DNA of 48,955 bases, taken from contig CAWAOD010000007.1 in NCBI GenBank assembly GCA_963783575.1, positions 1 to 48,955 of the forward strand, read 5' to 3'. The stretch comes from an uncultured Spirochaetota bacterium. Its GTDB lineage: Bacteria; Spirochaetota; Brevinematia; Brevinematales; JAOACQ01. Shown one piece after another: positions 18,598 to 30,352 of the stretch (position 1 is the stretch's first letter; every line of letters starts with the position of its first letter). The notes under the pieces are model-generated. The model saw nothing but the letters and a program-made list of their open reading frames with translations, made no database searches and was not told where the DNA came from. The translations under genes were made by a program, and so were the position numbers.

Positions 18598-21285
18598 GTA
18601 AATCGAAGCACACTGATCCGGTTTCGAGAGAGGACGTTCCGCCCCGGCCGGACCCGGACGCGCTTTTGGCATCCATAAAGCGCAGCGAAGAGGCAACGGG
18701 CCGCGGCCGCCTTAAAATTTTCTTCGGCATGGCCGCCGGCGTGGGCAAGACCTACGCCATGCTGGAGGCGGCGCGTGCGCTGAAATCCAAGGGTATCGAT
18801 GTCGTCATCGGTCTTGTTGAAACGCACGGCCGACAGGAGACCGAAGCGCTGCTGGAAGGCCTGCCGCTTCTGCCGCGCACCTCGGTTCCGTACCGCGGCA
18901 TGAACATGCAGGAGCTTGACCTCGACGGGATACTGCGCCGCAGGCCCGCGTATGTGCTGGTCGACGAACTGGCGCACACCAATACCGAAGGCATGCGCCA
19001 CGCAAAACGGTATCAGGACGTCGTTGAAATTATTGACAACGGAATAAACGTTTTTACCACGCTCAACGTCCAGCATATCGAAAGCCTGGTCGATACGGTC
19101 CAGCAGATAACCGGCATCACGGTCCGCGAGACCGTGCCGGACAGCGTTGTCGATACTGCCTATGAGATAGAGCTGGTCGACATCGCCCCCGACGAACTCC
19201 TGCAACGCTTCGCCGAAGGAAAAGTCTATGCGCCCGACCGCTCTGCGGCGGCCATCGAGCACTTCTTTAAAAAAGGGAACCTGACCGCGCTGCGCGAAAT
19301 CGCGCTCCGCGCCACCGCGCAGCACGTGGATTCGCAGCTGAAAGAGTTACATGCAGGAACACCGGATCAGCGGCCCGTGGAAAACCGCGGAACGGCTCAT
19401 GGTCGCCATCGGTCCCAGCCCGCATTCGGAGAAGCTCATCCGCTCCACGCGGCGCATTGCGTCGACCATGGAAGCGCCATGGATCGCGGTGTACGTCCAG
19501 ACGACCCGGCCGTTGACCATCGAGGCTGAAAAAAGGCTTAAAAAGAACATCACGCTTGCCCAGGAGCTTGGAGCGGAACTGGTCACCACGACCGACGACG
19601 ACATCGTCAGCGCCCTGGTCCGCGTCGCGCAGCAGAACAATGTGACCCAGATCGTTGTCGGGAAGTCCATGACGGGACTTTTCGACAATCTTCTTCACGG
19701 CGGTTCGCTCGTGAACCGGCTCATCAGGGAGAGCGGACGGATCGATATTTATGTGGTGCAGGGTGATGCCGCTGCACGCCGCAGTCCGCCTGCCCACACT
19801 GCCCGGCGTCCGTTCGCCTTTGTATCATTATGCCGTGGCTGCCGCCGCGGTTTTTCTGACGGCGATAGCCTGTCAGCTTCGTCTCCGCCGCGGTCGATTA
19901 CCGCTCCATCGGCATGATCATGCTGTTCGGCATCGTCGTTCTCTCCCTTTTTGTCGGCAAGGGCCCGGTGTATCTCTCCGCGGTTCTGTCCGCGACGATA
20001 TGGGATTTTTTCTTTATCCCGCCCCGGTTTACTTTTTCAATTTCGCAGCCGTCGGACATCCTGCACTTTCTGCTGTTTTTTTCCATCGCCCTTGCAACGG
20101 GCGCGCTGACCTCCCGCGCGCGGACGCAGCGGATGGCCGTGAGTCAGCGGGAGCAACAGACCGCGGCGCTGAATGTGCTGATAAGCGGACCTTTCGTCGG
20201 CGGAGACCGTTGACGATATCGCGGCGACCGGCGTCAGGCGCATAGGCGCGGAATTCGGCGGAGAGGTTGCTTTCTATCCTGCGGAAAGCGGCGCCGACCT
20301 TGCCCGCGAACCGCACCGGTCAAGCTCTTTGAAACCGGCTCCGAAAAGGAGTGGACCGTGGCGGAATGGGTCTTCAAGAACAGAAAACCGGCCGGCCGCG
20401 ACACGGAAACTTTGCCTTTTTCCGGCGCGACCTATTATCCCCTGATTTCGCAGGGACATTGCCTTGGCGTCATCGGCATCGCTTTGCCGCCGGGCCGGAT
20501 CATGCCTTTTGACAAATCGGGACAATTGCAGGTATGGCTCCACCAGCTGGCGCTTGCGCTGGAGCGGCTCCACCTCCGTTCGGACCGTTTCGGCAAAACG
20601 CTCCTGCGCTCGGCCTCGCACGAACTGCGGACCCCGATTTCGGTCATCACCAGCGCATCGAGCGCGCTTTCTGACCCGCAGACGTTCGCGAACGGACCGG
20701 TGCGGAACACCCTTATCAGCGATATCCGCTTGGCCGCGGGCCGCCTGAACCGCCTTGTGGAGAATTTTCTCAACATGACGCGGATCGAATCCGGCGCGCT
20801 TACCATCCACCGGGAATGGTGCGACATCCGCGATCTTTTCAATGCCGTGTGCACCCGCCTGCGCAGCGAACTGTCGAAACACAAGATCGTCGTGCACGTG
20901 CAGGAAGACATGCCGCTGGCGCAATTGGACACCGCGGTCATCGAGCAGGCGATCGCAAACATTCTCATCAATGCGGCGCAGTACACGCCGGAGAACACCA
21001 CGATAACCCTGTCAGCCTCCTGCGAACAACAGGAAATCGTCCTGTCGATTGAAGACGAGGGGCCGGGTTTTCCCGAAGAATCGCTGAGCCATATTTTCGA
21101 AAAGTTTTACCGGATTCCGGGCACCAAGGCCGGGGGTACCGGACTTGGGCTCTCTATTGTAAAAGGCTTCGTCGAATTCCACGGAGGGACGGTTCGAGGC
21201 GGAAAACCGAGACGGCGGCGGCGCCCGGTTCGAGATCCGTTTACCGGCGTCCCGCACAGCCATTCTCTTCCGGAGAGGCCGGATA
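18594..21285 (+). CDS. kdpD: Sensor histidine kinase KdpD (several frameshifts)
   Basis: GRLKIFFGMAAGVGKTYAML, LVDELAHTN, Usp domain, DUF4118 TMs, SHELRTP, GGTGLGLSI. Confidence 0.93.
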
Positions 21286-21982
21286 ATGGCCGGATCGGCA
21301 AAAATACTGATTATCGACGACGAGATCCAGATCCGGCGCATCCTGCGTCTTACCCTGGAGACCAAAGGCTTTCACATTATCGAAGCGGCGAACGGAAAAG
21401 ACGGGCTTTACCAGGCGGCATCGATGCGGCCGGACGTCGTGGTCCTCGACCTGGGACTGCCCGACATGGACGGCATGGCCGTGCTGACGAAGCATCCGCG
21501 AATGGAGCAAGGTGCCGGTCATCATTCTTTCGGTCCGCGACGAGGAGAAGGAAAAGGTGGCCGCCCTGGAGGCGGGCGCGGACGATTATGTTACCAAGCC
21601 ATTCGGCGTCAACGAACTTATCGCCCGGCTGCATGTGGCCATGCGGCATGCGAAACAGCCGAAAGACGAGTTGCGGGAATTCCGGAACGGCCATCTGCAC
21701 GTTGACCTGGTGACCCGGACCGTTAAAAAAGGGGAGGAAATTGTACGGCTTACGGCGACCGAGTACGATCTCCTGCTCCAATTTGTTAAAAATGCCGGAA
21801 AGGTGCTGACCCACCGGCATTTGATGAAAGAACTGTGGGGCCCGTACCGGAGCGACGAAACCCAGACGCTGCGGGTCCACATGGCGCAATTGAGAAAAAA
21901 AATTGAAACCGATCCGTCTCTTCCCGAAGCTTTTATAACCGAGTCCGGGGTAGGATACCGGATGCCGTTGCTTGACGAATAA
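21286..21982 (+). CDS. kdpE: Response regulator KdpE (frameshifted)
   Basis: ILIIDDE, LDLGLPDMDG, GADDYVTKPF, LRVHMAQLRKKIE..P..P..ITESGVGYR. Confidence 0.93.
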
Positions 21983-22080
21983 GTTATAAGTTTTTGTTTT
22001 TAATGCGGCAGAGAGAAGGGGAATTTTATTAAGATGAGAGGACTTCTTGTGTTATTTGTAAAAATAAACCATATTTATTA

Positions 22081-22395
22081 ATGATAATGCCCATGCGAAC
22101 TTCATCGGCCTTCTTCAGTTTCCGCAAATGGATGAATATTTTTTCCGTTGCCTGCGCTGTTTTCTTCAGTTGCTATCTCGGTTTTATTTTACCTTTGCAC
22201 CACCATGCGGATGGCGCTAAGCATGAAGAGTGCGCTCTGTGCGCCGTGCAGGGTCAGCCTGCGGATGTTGCACTGCCGTTCACCCTTATTATTATTGCGG
22301 TAGCTCTTAGCGCTACCCTCCACACTCAGAAGGCCGCATTTTCCCGGATATGCGCCCCTGTTTACCTGACCCGCGCTCCGCCGGTCTCCGTCTAA
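22081..22395 (+). CDS. DUF2946-like leader protein (HHH, CxxC, C-terminal RAPP)
   Basis: Hydrophobic N-terminus, LPLHHHADGAKHEECALC, ends YLTRAPPVSV; upstream of a metal uptake operon. Confidence 0.75.
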   Translation: MIMPMRTSSAFFSFRKWMNIFSVACAVFFSCYLGFILPLHHHADGAKHEECALCAVQGQPADVALPFTLIIIAVALSATLHTQKAAFSRICAPVYLTRAPPVSV

Positions 22396-22493
22396 TACAC
22401 TTTTTTCATACAAAAAAAATCGGTCAGGAACGCTTTTAGCGTTGCTTAACTACGGTTATTTTCAGGTCATCATTTAAAAGACCGGAGATCATC

Positions 22494-23550
22494 ATGACTA
22501 AATACCGAGAATATTTGTTGCTTCTTTTCTGCTTTTCTGCTGTAGAAACATTCGCCGGCGTCACCAACCCCGACATCTCCGCTATCGGACAGCTGTTCGG
22601 GACCTATACCGACAATGGCCAGTCCCCGGCGGCCCGGAAGGCCGCCCTTTCCCTGGGGGAGACCGAACTGGTGCTGGACGCCGCACTCAACCCGTATTTC
22701 AACGGCATGTTCGTCCTGTCGATCAACGCGAGCGGCGTTCTGGACGTTGAAGAGGCGTATACGACCATGGTACGCGGACTGCCGCTTAACCTCGCCCTGA
22801 AGGCCGGGAAGTTCCGGCTTGACTTCGGCAAACTCAACCAGGCGCACCCGCATGCGTATCCGTTTATCCGGACGCCGCGGGTCCTTGATCCGGGCGCCGC
22901 AAAGCTCCTGCCCGGAGAAGAGAGTTTCGACGAACCGGCGGTCCAGGCCTCGAACGCTTTTCCCGGTCACCGACAACTGGAGCGTGACCCTGTCGGCCGA
23001 CGCGCTGCAGGGGAGTTCGTTCCATCCGGACGACCCGGGGACGGCGCTCGCCTTACTTTCTCATTTGTCCAATTCATTCATCATCGATCCCGCGTCCATC
23101 GATATCGGCCTGTCGGCAACCGACGGGACGAACGACGTCGCCCGGCGTACCCATACCGCGGTTTTCGGCGCCGACGCAAAGGCGAAAGTCGTCCTGTCGC
23201 CGCTCGCCGTTTTAACGATAGCCGGGGAGGGTATTTACAAAGCGGCCGACCTGCCCGATTCGTCGGGTGCGGTGAGTCATGACGACCGGTACGGGTTCTA
23301 CGGGTACGCCAACGCACAGTACCGCACGCGGTACAACGGCGGGATTCTGTACGAACGATACCAGGACCCGGCGGACAGGACAAAATCCGACTGGGCCATA
23401 AAGCCGTTCATCGGTTTTGCCGTTCTCGAAGAGAGCACGCTCCTGCGGCTCTCGTACGAACGGTTCACGCCCGCGGTGGGGAAAGCGGACAACACGGTCG
23501 AGATGCAGCTGCTGTTCAGCATGGGGCCGCACAAAGCGCACCAGTTTTGA
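22494..23550 (+). CDS. Putative outer-membrane beta-barrel for metal uptake (frameshifted)
   Basis: Signal peptide, NPDISAIG, EEAY, KAGKFRLDFGKLNQAHPHAYPF, C-terminal FSMGPHKAHQF. Confidence 0.75.
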
Positions 23551-23628
23551 CCATGATTCTCAGGATTAAAGCGATGACGTGATTATTGCAGAAAAACGAT
23601 AAACGCAGATAACAGAGGAGAAATAACC

Positions 23629-24529
23629 ATGTTTCAAAAAGTCAAATTCCTTTCAACCCTAATTTCGGCGTTGCTGCTCGTTTCCTTCGCTCCTGCCTTC
23701 GGGACGGTCCGCATCGTGGCGGCGCTGCCTGATCTCGGGTCCATTGCCTCGTACATCGGCGGCGACAAGGTGGAGGTTTCGTCAATCGCCAAAGCCAATG
23801 CCAATCCCCATTCCGTTGAGGTTTTCCCGTCGTATATGGCCAAGGTGTCTCGCGCCGCCGTGTACCTGAAGTGCGGCCTAGGCCTTGACCAGTGGTCCGA
23901 TGCCATCATCGACGGATCGCGGAACGGCAAAATAGTCGTTGTCGATTGTTCGAACAGCGTGCCTGTGCTTGAAAAACCCTCTCACGTGGACGCATCGATG
24001 GGTGACGTCCATCCGTTCGGCAACCCGCACTACTGGCTCGATCCGAGGAACGGCATCATCGCGGCGCAGAACATCGCCGAGGCCCTGAAAAAGGCCGACC
24101 CCGCGAACAGCGCTCTGTATCGAAAGCAATTTCGGCCGGTTCGCGACCGAATGCGAAAGCCGGTATAACGGCTGGAAGGGAAAAATGAGGCCCTTTGCAG
24201 GAGGGAAGTTCATCAGCTACCACTCGTCGTGGGTCTATTTTGCGGCGGCGTTCGACTGCGCCATCGTCGAGCACGTGGAACCGTTCCCCGGCATCCCGCC
24301 GACCGGGAACCACCTGGCGCGCCTGGTGGAGGTCATCAAAAAGGAACATGTGCCGCTGATTCTTCAGGAGCCCTATTTCGCGGATGACGCGCCCCGTTTT
24401 CTGAACCGGCAGACCGGCATCAGGGTGTTCAAGGTCGCCCCGTCGTGCGCTGATGTCAAGCCCGGCTCGTACCTGGACCATTTTGACGATATTGTCAATC
24501 AACTGATTACCGCACAAGGAGGCAAATAA
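23629..24529 (+). CDS. Zn/Mn ABC substrate-binding protein (ZnuA family), frameshifted
   Basis: NPHSVE, GDVHPFGNPHYWLDP, SYHSSWVYF, VEPFPGIPPT. Confidence 0.88.
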
Positions 24530-24531
24530 CC

Positions 24532-25384
24532 ATGATGCTCTTCCACTATCCTTTCATGCTGCCGGCGCTTGTCGGTCTGCCTGATCCTTGCCGGCATACA
24601 CACCTATTTCGGATACCATATCGTGCAGCGGGGGTGATTTTCGTCGATCTTGCGCTTTCGCAGATCGCGGCGCTCGGCGCGAGCGTGGCGCTCGTCGTCG
24701 GGTGGGGCGACGATGCTCCGCTCAAGGCGTTCTGCGTCAGCCTTGGATTTACTTTCGGCGGTGCGGTGCTTTTGCGTTTCTGCGGAAGGGCCAGGAGAAG
24801 GTGCCCATGGAAGCGCTTATCGGCATTGCCTATGCCGGGGCGATAGCGATTTCCCTGCTCGTGCTGGAGAAATCGGCAACCGGCACGGAACACATCAAAG
24901 AGATGCTGGTGGGCACCATTCTAACGGTTTCATGGCGCGAAGTCTTCAATTGGGGGCCATTGTTCTCCGTGGTGGCAATCATTCATTGGCTGGCACGAAA
25001 AAAGTTGTTTATTATTTCCGAACAGCCGAGAGAAGCGGAAAAAAAAGGAGTGCGCCTCTGGTGGTGGGACATCATTTTTTATGCGACCTTCGGCCTGGCG
25101 GTGACCTCCTCGGTCAAGGTCGCCGGCGTTCTTCTGGTTTTTTCACTATTAATCATACCTGCAGTTTCAGCGGTGATATGCGTGACCGGCACGACGCGGC
25201 GCGTTGTTTTCGGATGGCTGTTCGGCATCGCGGGCTGCGTTGCCGGGCTCGAGCGTCGCTGCGGTTCGACTGCGCGGCAGGTCCGTCGATCATTTCGACC
25301 CTTTTAATGTTATTGATTGCTTCGGCAACGGTCGTGGCCTTGATAAAAGGGCGGCGGCGCCCGCTTGAAAAATTGGAAAAATAA
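24532..25384 (+). CDS. Metal ABC permease (ABC-3/ZnuB family), frameshifted
   Basis: GVIFVDLALSQIAALG, EALIGIAYA, TSSVKVAGVLLVFSLLIIPA. Confidence 0.85.
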
Positions 25385-25392
25385 CACGGCAC

Positions 25393-26097
25393 TTAGCAGA
25401 CGGGCCTATTCTTCGCCATATCATCGAGAAGCCGGAAAAGAAGCTCCCTTATTTTTGGAAAGTACGTTCCGGTTCCTGATATGACCGGCAGACTGGATGC
25501 AGGGTTTGCCCTCAACAAGTTCTTCTTTACAATTTGTCAAAAGCCGCTCCACGCTCCCGGCGCTTGACTCTATATGGAACTGGAGCGCCACTGTCCTGCG
25601 GCCGAAAGCAAAAGCCTGGTTTGCGCAGGCTTCGCTTGATGCGATTTTTATTGCATTGGCAGGGATGTCAAAGGTGTCGCCGTGCCATTGAAATACCGGA
25701 AGCTCCTGCGGCCATCCGGAGAATAGAGGCGATTTTGTTCCTTCCGGGGTCACAGTTACAGGAAACCAGCCGATCTCTTTAAAGTTGTTTTTGTAAACCT
25801 TTGCGTCGAGCGCGCTCGCAATCAGCTGCGCGCCAGGCAGACGCCCAGGACCGCTTTGTCTCATCAATAGCCCGCCGAATAAATAGTTTTTCAGGAACCA
25901 GCCACGGGTATTTATCTTCTTCGTAAACCGACATGCCGCCGCCCATGATGACGAGCATGTCAAAGGACACAGGAGAGGGGAGGGCTTCGCCTTTGTATAT
26001 CATGGTGGCGGAAACCGAATGGCCCCGTTCATGCTGCCCATTCGAGGATGGTCCCCGGATCTTCGAAGGGTTCGTGCTGTAAATAATGCAGTCTCAT
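25393..26097 (-). CDS. Type 1 glutamine amidotransferase (GMP-synthase-like), frameshifted
   Basis: MRLHYLQHEPFEDPG, LVIMGGGMSVYEEDKYPWL, LGAQLIA, FQWHGDTF, ALQFHIE. Confidence 0.88.
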
Positions 26098-26261
26098 AAT
26101 ATTTTGAAAAATAATTCATGCAATTAATATCCAACCCGGTCGGAGATTGCCAAGATAGGTTTAAAGTACGTATATTGCCACTCGAGCTGATACTCAAAAT
26201 CGCTCGATGACAAGATCATGTCGGCGTGGGTCCACCGATCAAAAAACTTCCTGAGAATTCC

Positions 26262-28285
26262 ATGAAAAAGGTTTCTGCATTATCAGCCATAGTGTTGCTC
26301 TTGTTTATGGCGCTGTTTCCCGGGTGCAGAAGTAATAGCGGGGAAAAACCGCCTGAAGCGGTAAAGGGTGTTCTTGACCTGTCGGGCTGGAATGTTGACT
26401 CCAATGCAATACAGCTCTCCGGCGAATGGGAATTCTATCGCGGCAAACTGGTGCAAGCCCGGCCATACGCTGATTCATCAGGCACGAAAGTGTTTGCGAA
26501 TGTTCCGCATCGATGGGACAAGAAACCTCCCTACGACAGCGTGGCAACATACCTGCTTCATGTCAAGCTTGGACGCCCGTATCAAACGCTGGCATTGGAA
26601 ATAAGGCAGGCGGTTTCAGTGTACCGCATATATCGTCGACACACAACTTGTGTTGCAGGAAGGCAGATTCACTTCGGACAAACGATCTTTTCAGGCCGTA
26701 TGCAAACCAGGCGTGGCGTTTTTTCATATGCCGGCCGATGAATTCACGATCGCCATGCAGATGCAAAACTATTATCATCTGAAGAGTGAAAGTATGCGTC
26801 GGCCGGCTTTTGGCCATATGTGAAGCTTTGCTCTACGGCTGAAGGTCTCTACAGCGAGATGCTGGCTTTCAGCCTTGCCATATTCCTCTTCGGCTGCGTC
26901 GTAATACTTCACTATTTATCAACTCGTGTTCTTTCTTTATTTTCGCAGAGAAAGGGTCTACCTATATCTGTGCGTTCTCTGCGCTGCCGTTGGAGTATAC
27001 ATCGCCGGCGGGATGCCCGAATGCGTGCTTTCAGTATTGTAATTCCATCCATTTCTCCGGGTTTGTACATCCGCTTTATGGAGCATAGGACAATGTTCAG
27101 CGTATCGATGTTTGTACTTCTTTCCGTTGGCGCGATGTTCCCCAGGAGAAACAAACAAGAACCATCGTCGCGCTGCTTATCGTCCCATATGCGAGTGCTA
27201 AGTTGCATCGTCCTGGTCCATCGTCAAAGCTTTCTTTCGAATATGATGTTCTCGATGTTGGATGGCAAATTCATGTCAGACTTTGTCTCCTGTATGCCAG
27301 TTTGTTCTTTTCCTTGCGATCAGGAAAAAACGGGAAGGAGCAATTCCCATGATGATCGGCGTCGGCTCTGACTTCATATTCGGGGTCATTGACGGCCTGA
27401 CATCAGCCCGCGGCGCTTTTCCAATGAGTCATGTATTGCGTTTGTGCGTTCTTCGTCGGCCAGTCGTTTTTGCTGGCAAAAATGTTTTCCAAAGCCCAGC
27501 ACGAAGTGCTACGGCAGCAAGCAATGCTTCTGCAGGCCGAAAAACTCATTACGCTTCGGGACCGTTGTCGCGGAGGTGGCGCACGAGGTCAATAACCCCA
27601 GCCATTCGCTGTTTCTTGACGCGCAGACCAACGAAAAAGCCTGGGCAGTCGGTCGCACCGATACTGGGCGAACGCGCCGAGGAAAAGGGCGATTTCAAGG
27701 TCGGGGTTTTTCCGTACAGTAAATTCAAGCAGGAAATTGCCGCTTTGTCCGAGCGCATGAAACGTAACTGCGAGCGCATCAAGCGCATTGTGGAAGACCT
27801 GCGGTCGTTTGCCAAAAAGGACATCGATCTGAATGAAGACGTGAATGTAAATACGGTGATACGGTCATCGCTTTCGGTGATCGAGCATGTGACCGGAAAA
27901 TGCACCAGGAACCTGCGCCTGCACTTGAGCGAACCGATACCTTGTGTCAAGGGCAGCGTCCGTCACCTGGAACAAGTCGTGATAAACATCGTAAAAAATG
28001 CCTGCCAGTCCCTTGCAAGCGCCGACAAGGCCGTTTCCATTTCAACATCGTGCGTCGAAAACAACGTCATCATCACGGTCAGCGACGAAGGCAAAGGCAT
28101 GGATGAAGAGATGGTGAAAAACATTTTCACGCCGTTTTATACGACAAAGGGGAAAGAGGGCACCGGCCTTGGGCTTTGCGATATGCAACAATATCATCAA
28201 GAACCACGGCGGCCGGATCGAGGTGAAATCAAAGATCGGGAAAGGTACGGTCGTTACGGTGATACTTCCCGCTTTAAAAGCCTGA
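26262..28285 (+). CDS. Membrane sensor histidine kinase (7TM-DISM-like input), heavily frameshifted
   Basis: GVLDLSGW..LSGEWEFY, TM region, VAHEVNNP, LEQVVINIVKNA, FTPFYTTK..GTGLGL. Confidence 0.8.
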
Positions 28286-28317
28286 TACCGAATAAACGTA
28301 TCCAGAAGGAGTGACTC

Positions 28318-29719
28318 ATGGCAAATAATCCGTATCCGCAATCGCCCATTCTTATCATAGATGATGAGGAAGATGTCCTGCAATCATATCGAATGGCTTT
28401 GCTCCTGGCGCGGATCGATAACTTCGTCCTGTGCAATGACGGCCTGAAAGCGATGCCGCTCCTTGAAAAAGGGCCGCATTCCGCCATTATTCTCGATTTA
28501 TTCATGCCGCGCATTACCGGGCAGGAACTGCTCGATAAAATCAGGGAACGGTATCCCGAAATCCCCGTCATCGTCGTGACAGGCTCCAATAATGTAAACA
28601 TTGCCGTCGAGTGCATGAAACGCGGCGCTCATGAATATATGGTCAAACCCGTCGAAGAAAACCGGCTGATCGCCGGGCTGCGCAATGCGATTGAGATCGG
28701 GGAATTGCGTCAGGAAAACTTTGCGCTGCAGACACGGATGATGGTGGCGGGATTGAAAAACTCCCCAGGTGTTCTCAAACATCATCACCGTGAACGAAAA
28801 CATGAAGCTCATATTCCGCTATATTGAAGCCATCGCCGCAAGCCCGCGGCCGGTCCTTATCACCGGCGAAAGCGGTACCGGCAAGGAGCTTATTGCGCGC
28901 GCGATCCATGCCGCGAGCGGACGCACGGGCAAATTCATTGCCGTCAATGTTGGCCGGACTCGATGATACGATGTTCTCCGACACGCTGTTCGGCCATCGC
29001 AAGGGCGCGTATACAGGCGCGGAAAGCCGAACGGGCGGGGCTCATCGAGCAGGCGGCCAACGGGACGCTGTTCCTTGATGAAATCGGATTCTTGAAAAGA
29101 ATTCCCAGGTCAAGCTCCTTCGTTTGCTCCAGGAAGGAGAGTATTATTCCCTTGGCTCGGACATCATAAAAACGACTGATGCGGTCGTTATCGCCGCCAC
29201 AAACGCAAACCTGCAGACACAAGATGAAGGAAGGCGCTTTTCGCAACGATCTGTATTACCGTCTCAACACCCACCATATCCGTCTTCCTGCATTGCGCGA
29301 ACGTGCCGGATGATATTCCCGTGCTTGCCGCTCATTTTGTCTCGGAAGCGGCGAAATCCCTTGGAAAAAAATGTCCTGAGATTGCCGTTGATGCGCTTGT
29401 GCTGTTGCGCAGGCAGGCGTTCCCCGGCAATATCCGCGAACTGCAGTCTTTAATGTTCGATGCGGTAGCGCGATGCGAAGGGACGGTCCTTGGATCAACC
29501 TATTTCCAGGGGCATGGTACTGACCATGGCAAAGCGGACTCTTCCGCACGATCGCCCCTTATTTCGTATTCGGGAAGTTTGCCGCGGCTGGAAGATGTCG
29601 AGGATTTTTTCATTGCCGAAGCATTGCGACTGACAAACGGTAATCATACCGCCGCCGCGGCGCTACTTGGCGTTTCACAATCGACCATCAGCAGGCGGCT
29701 CAAGAACCGCGAAGATTGA
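28318..29719 (+). CDS. Sigma-54-dependent response regulator (NtrC family), frameshifted
   Basis: Receiver domain, [41 protein letters not shown], Fis-type HTH. Confidence 0.9.
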
Positions 29720-29816
29720 TTATCCGGCGCCATGCAAAACGCTTTGAAGAATGCGTTGTGCATCGGCCGACATGGCCGGACCTCATAATTCCGCTTAAAT
29801 TCCGCAGATATATTCC

Positions 29817-29832
29817 GGGCACGCTAATTGCA
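29817..29832 (+). promoter_or_regulatory. Sigma-54 (-24/-12) promoter
   Basis: GGGCACGCTAATTGCA, i.e. GG-N10-GC close to the TGGCACG-N4-TTGCA consensus. Confidence 0.7.
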
Positions 29833-29906
29833 TTCACAGGTAATCCCTCAATTCGCTTTCTGTTATTAATCAATAACGTCGTTAACTGGGAAAACAGGGC
29901 GCAATT

Positions 29907-30281
29907 ATGCCGCGAAAACACCGAAAATCGACAACTCGCTTAAGCAGCAGCATCAACCAGAATATCTCTCCGGCCCCACGGTGGACCCCGGCGCGTATCG
30001 ACCGGCCCGATCCGGCAATGGTTGCGGCGAACGATGCGCCGGTCCTGAACAATGCGGCGCATTACATCAACAATCCCGCCAGTTCCATTCTCCTCGATTC
30101 GCAAAGCCTGGTAAAAATCTGGGGCATGGTCACCCCGATTCTTGACGAAAAGGCGGGGAAAGACGGCGGCCTTGCCATTGCCGGCTATTCGTTTCAGGAA
30201 CTCAAGAAGGACATGAACGACCTTTTCATCCGTATAGAACGGAATGCCCGTCGCGTAAAGCAATTGACCGAGGGGTTATAG
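29907..30281 (+). CDS. Stand-alone DHp/HisKA-like protein paralogous to the upstream kinase
   Basis: AAHYINNP..ILLDSQ..W..V.PILDE...RIERNARRVKQLTEGL aligns with VAHEVNNP..LDAQ..PILGE...RMKRNCERIKRIVEDL; no ATPase domain. Confidence 0.6.
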   Translation: MPRKHRKSTTRLSSSINQNISPAPRWTPARIDRPDPAMVAANDAPVLNNAAHYINNPASSILLDSQSLVKIWGMVTPILDEKAGKDGGLAIAGYSFQELKKDMNDLFIRIERNARRVKQLTEGL

Positions 30282-30352
30282 TAACCGGACGTTTTTTTTC
30301 AAGAAGAACAATAATAATATAGACACACAGCTGTTTCCTTAAAGGAGGAAGT

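Noticed and set aside
22051..22068. Zur/Fur box upstream of the metal operon
   Set aside because: Only a short AT-rich inverted repeat (TTATTT-N4-AAATAA), too weak in an AT-rich intergenic region
12368..29719. Programmed frameshifting or phase variation in kdp, ABC and two-component genes
   Set aside because: Indels are scattered over nearly all genes without consistent slippery sites, so sequencing error is the simpler explanation
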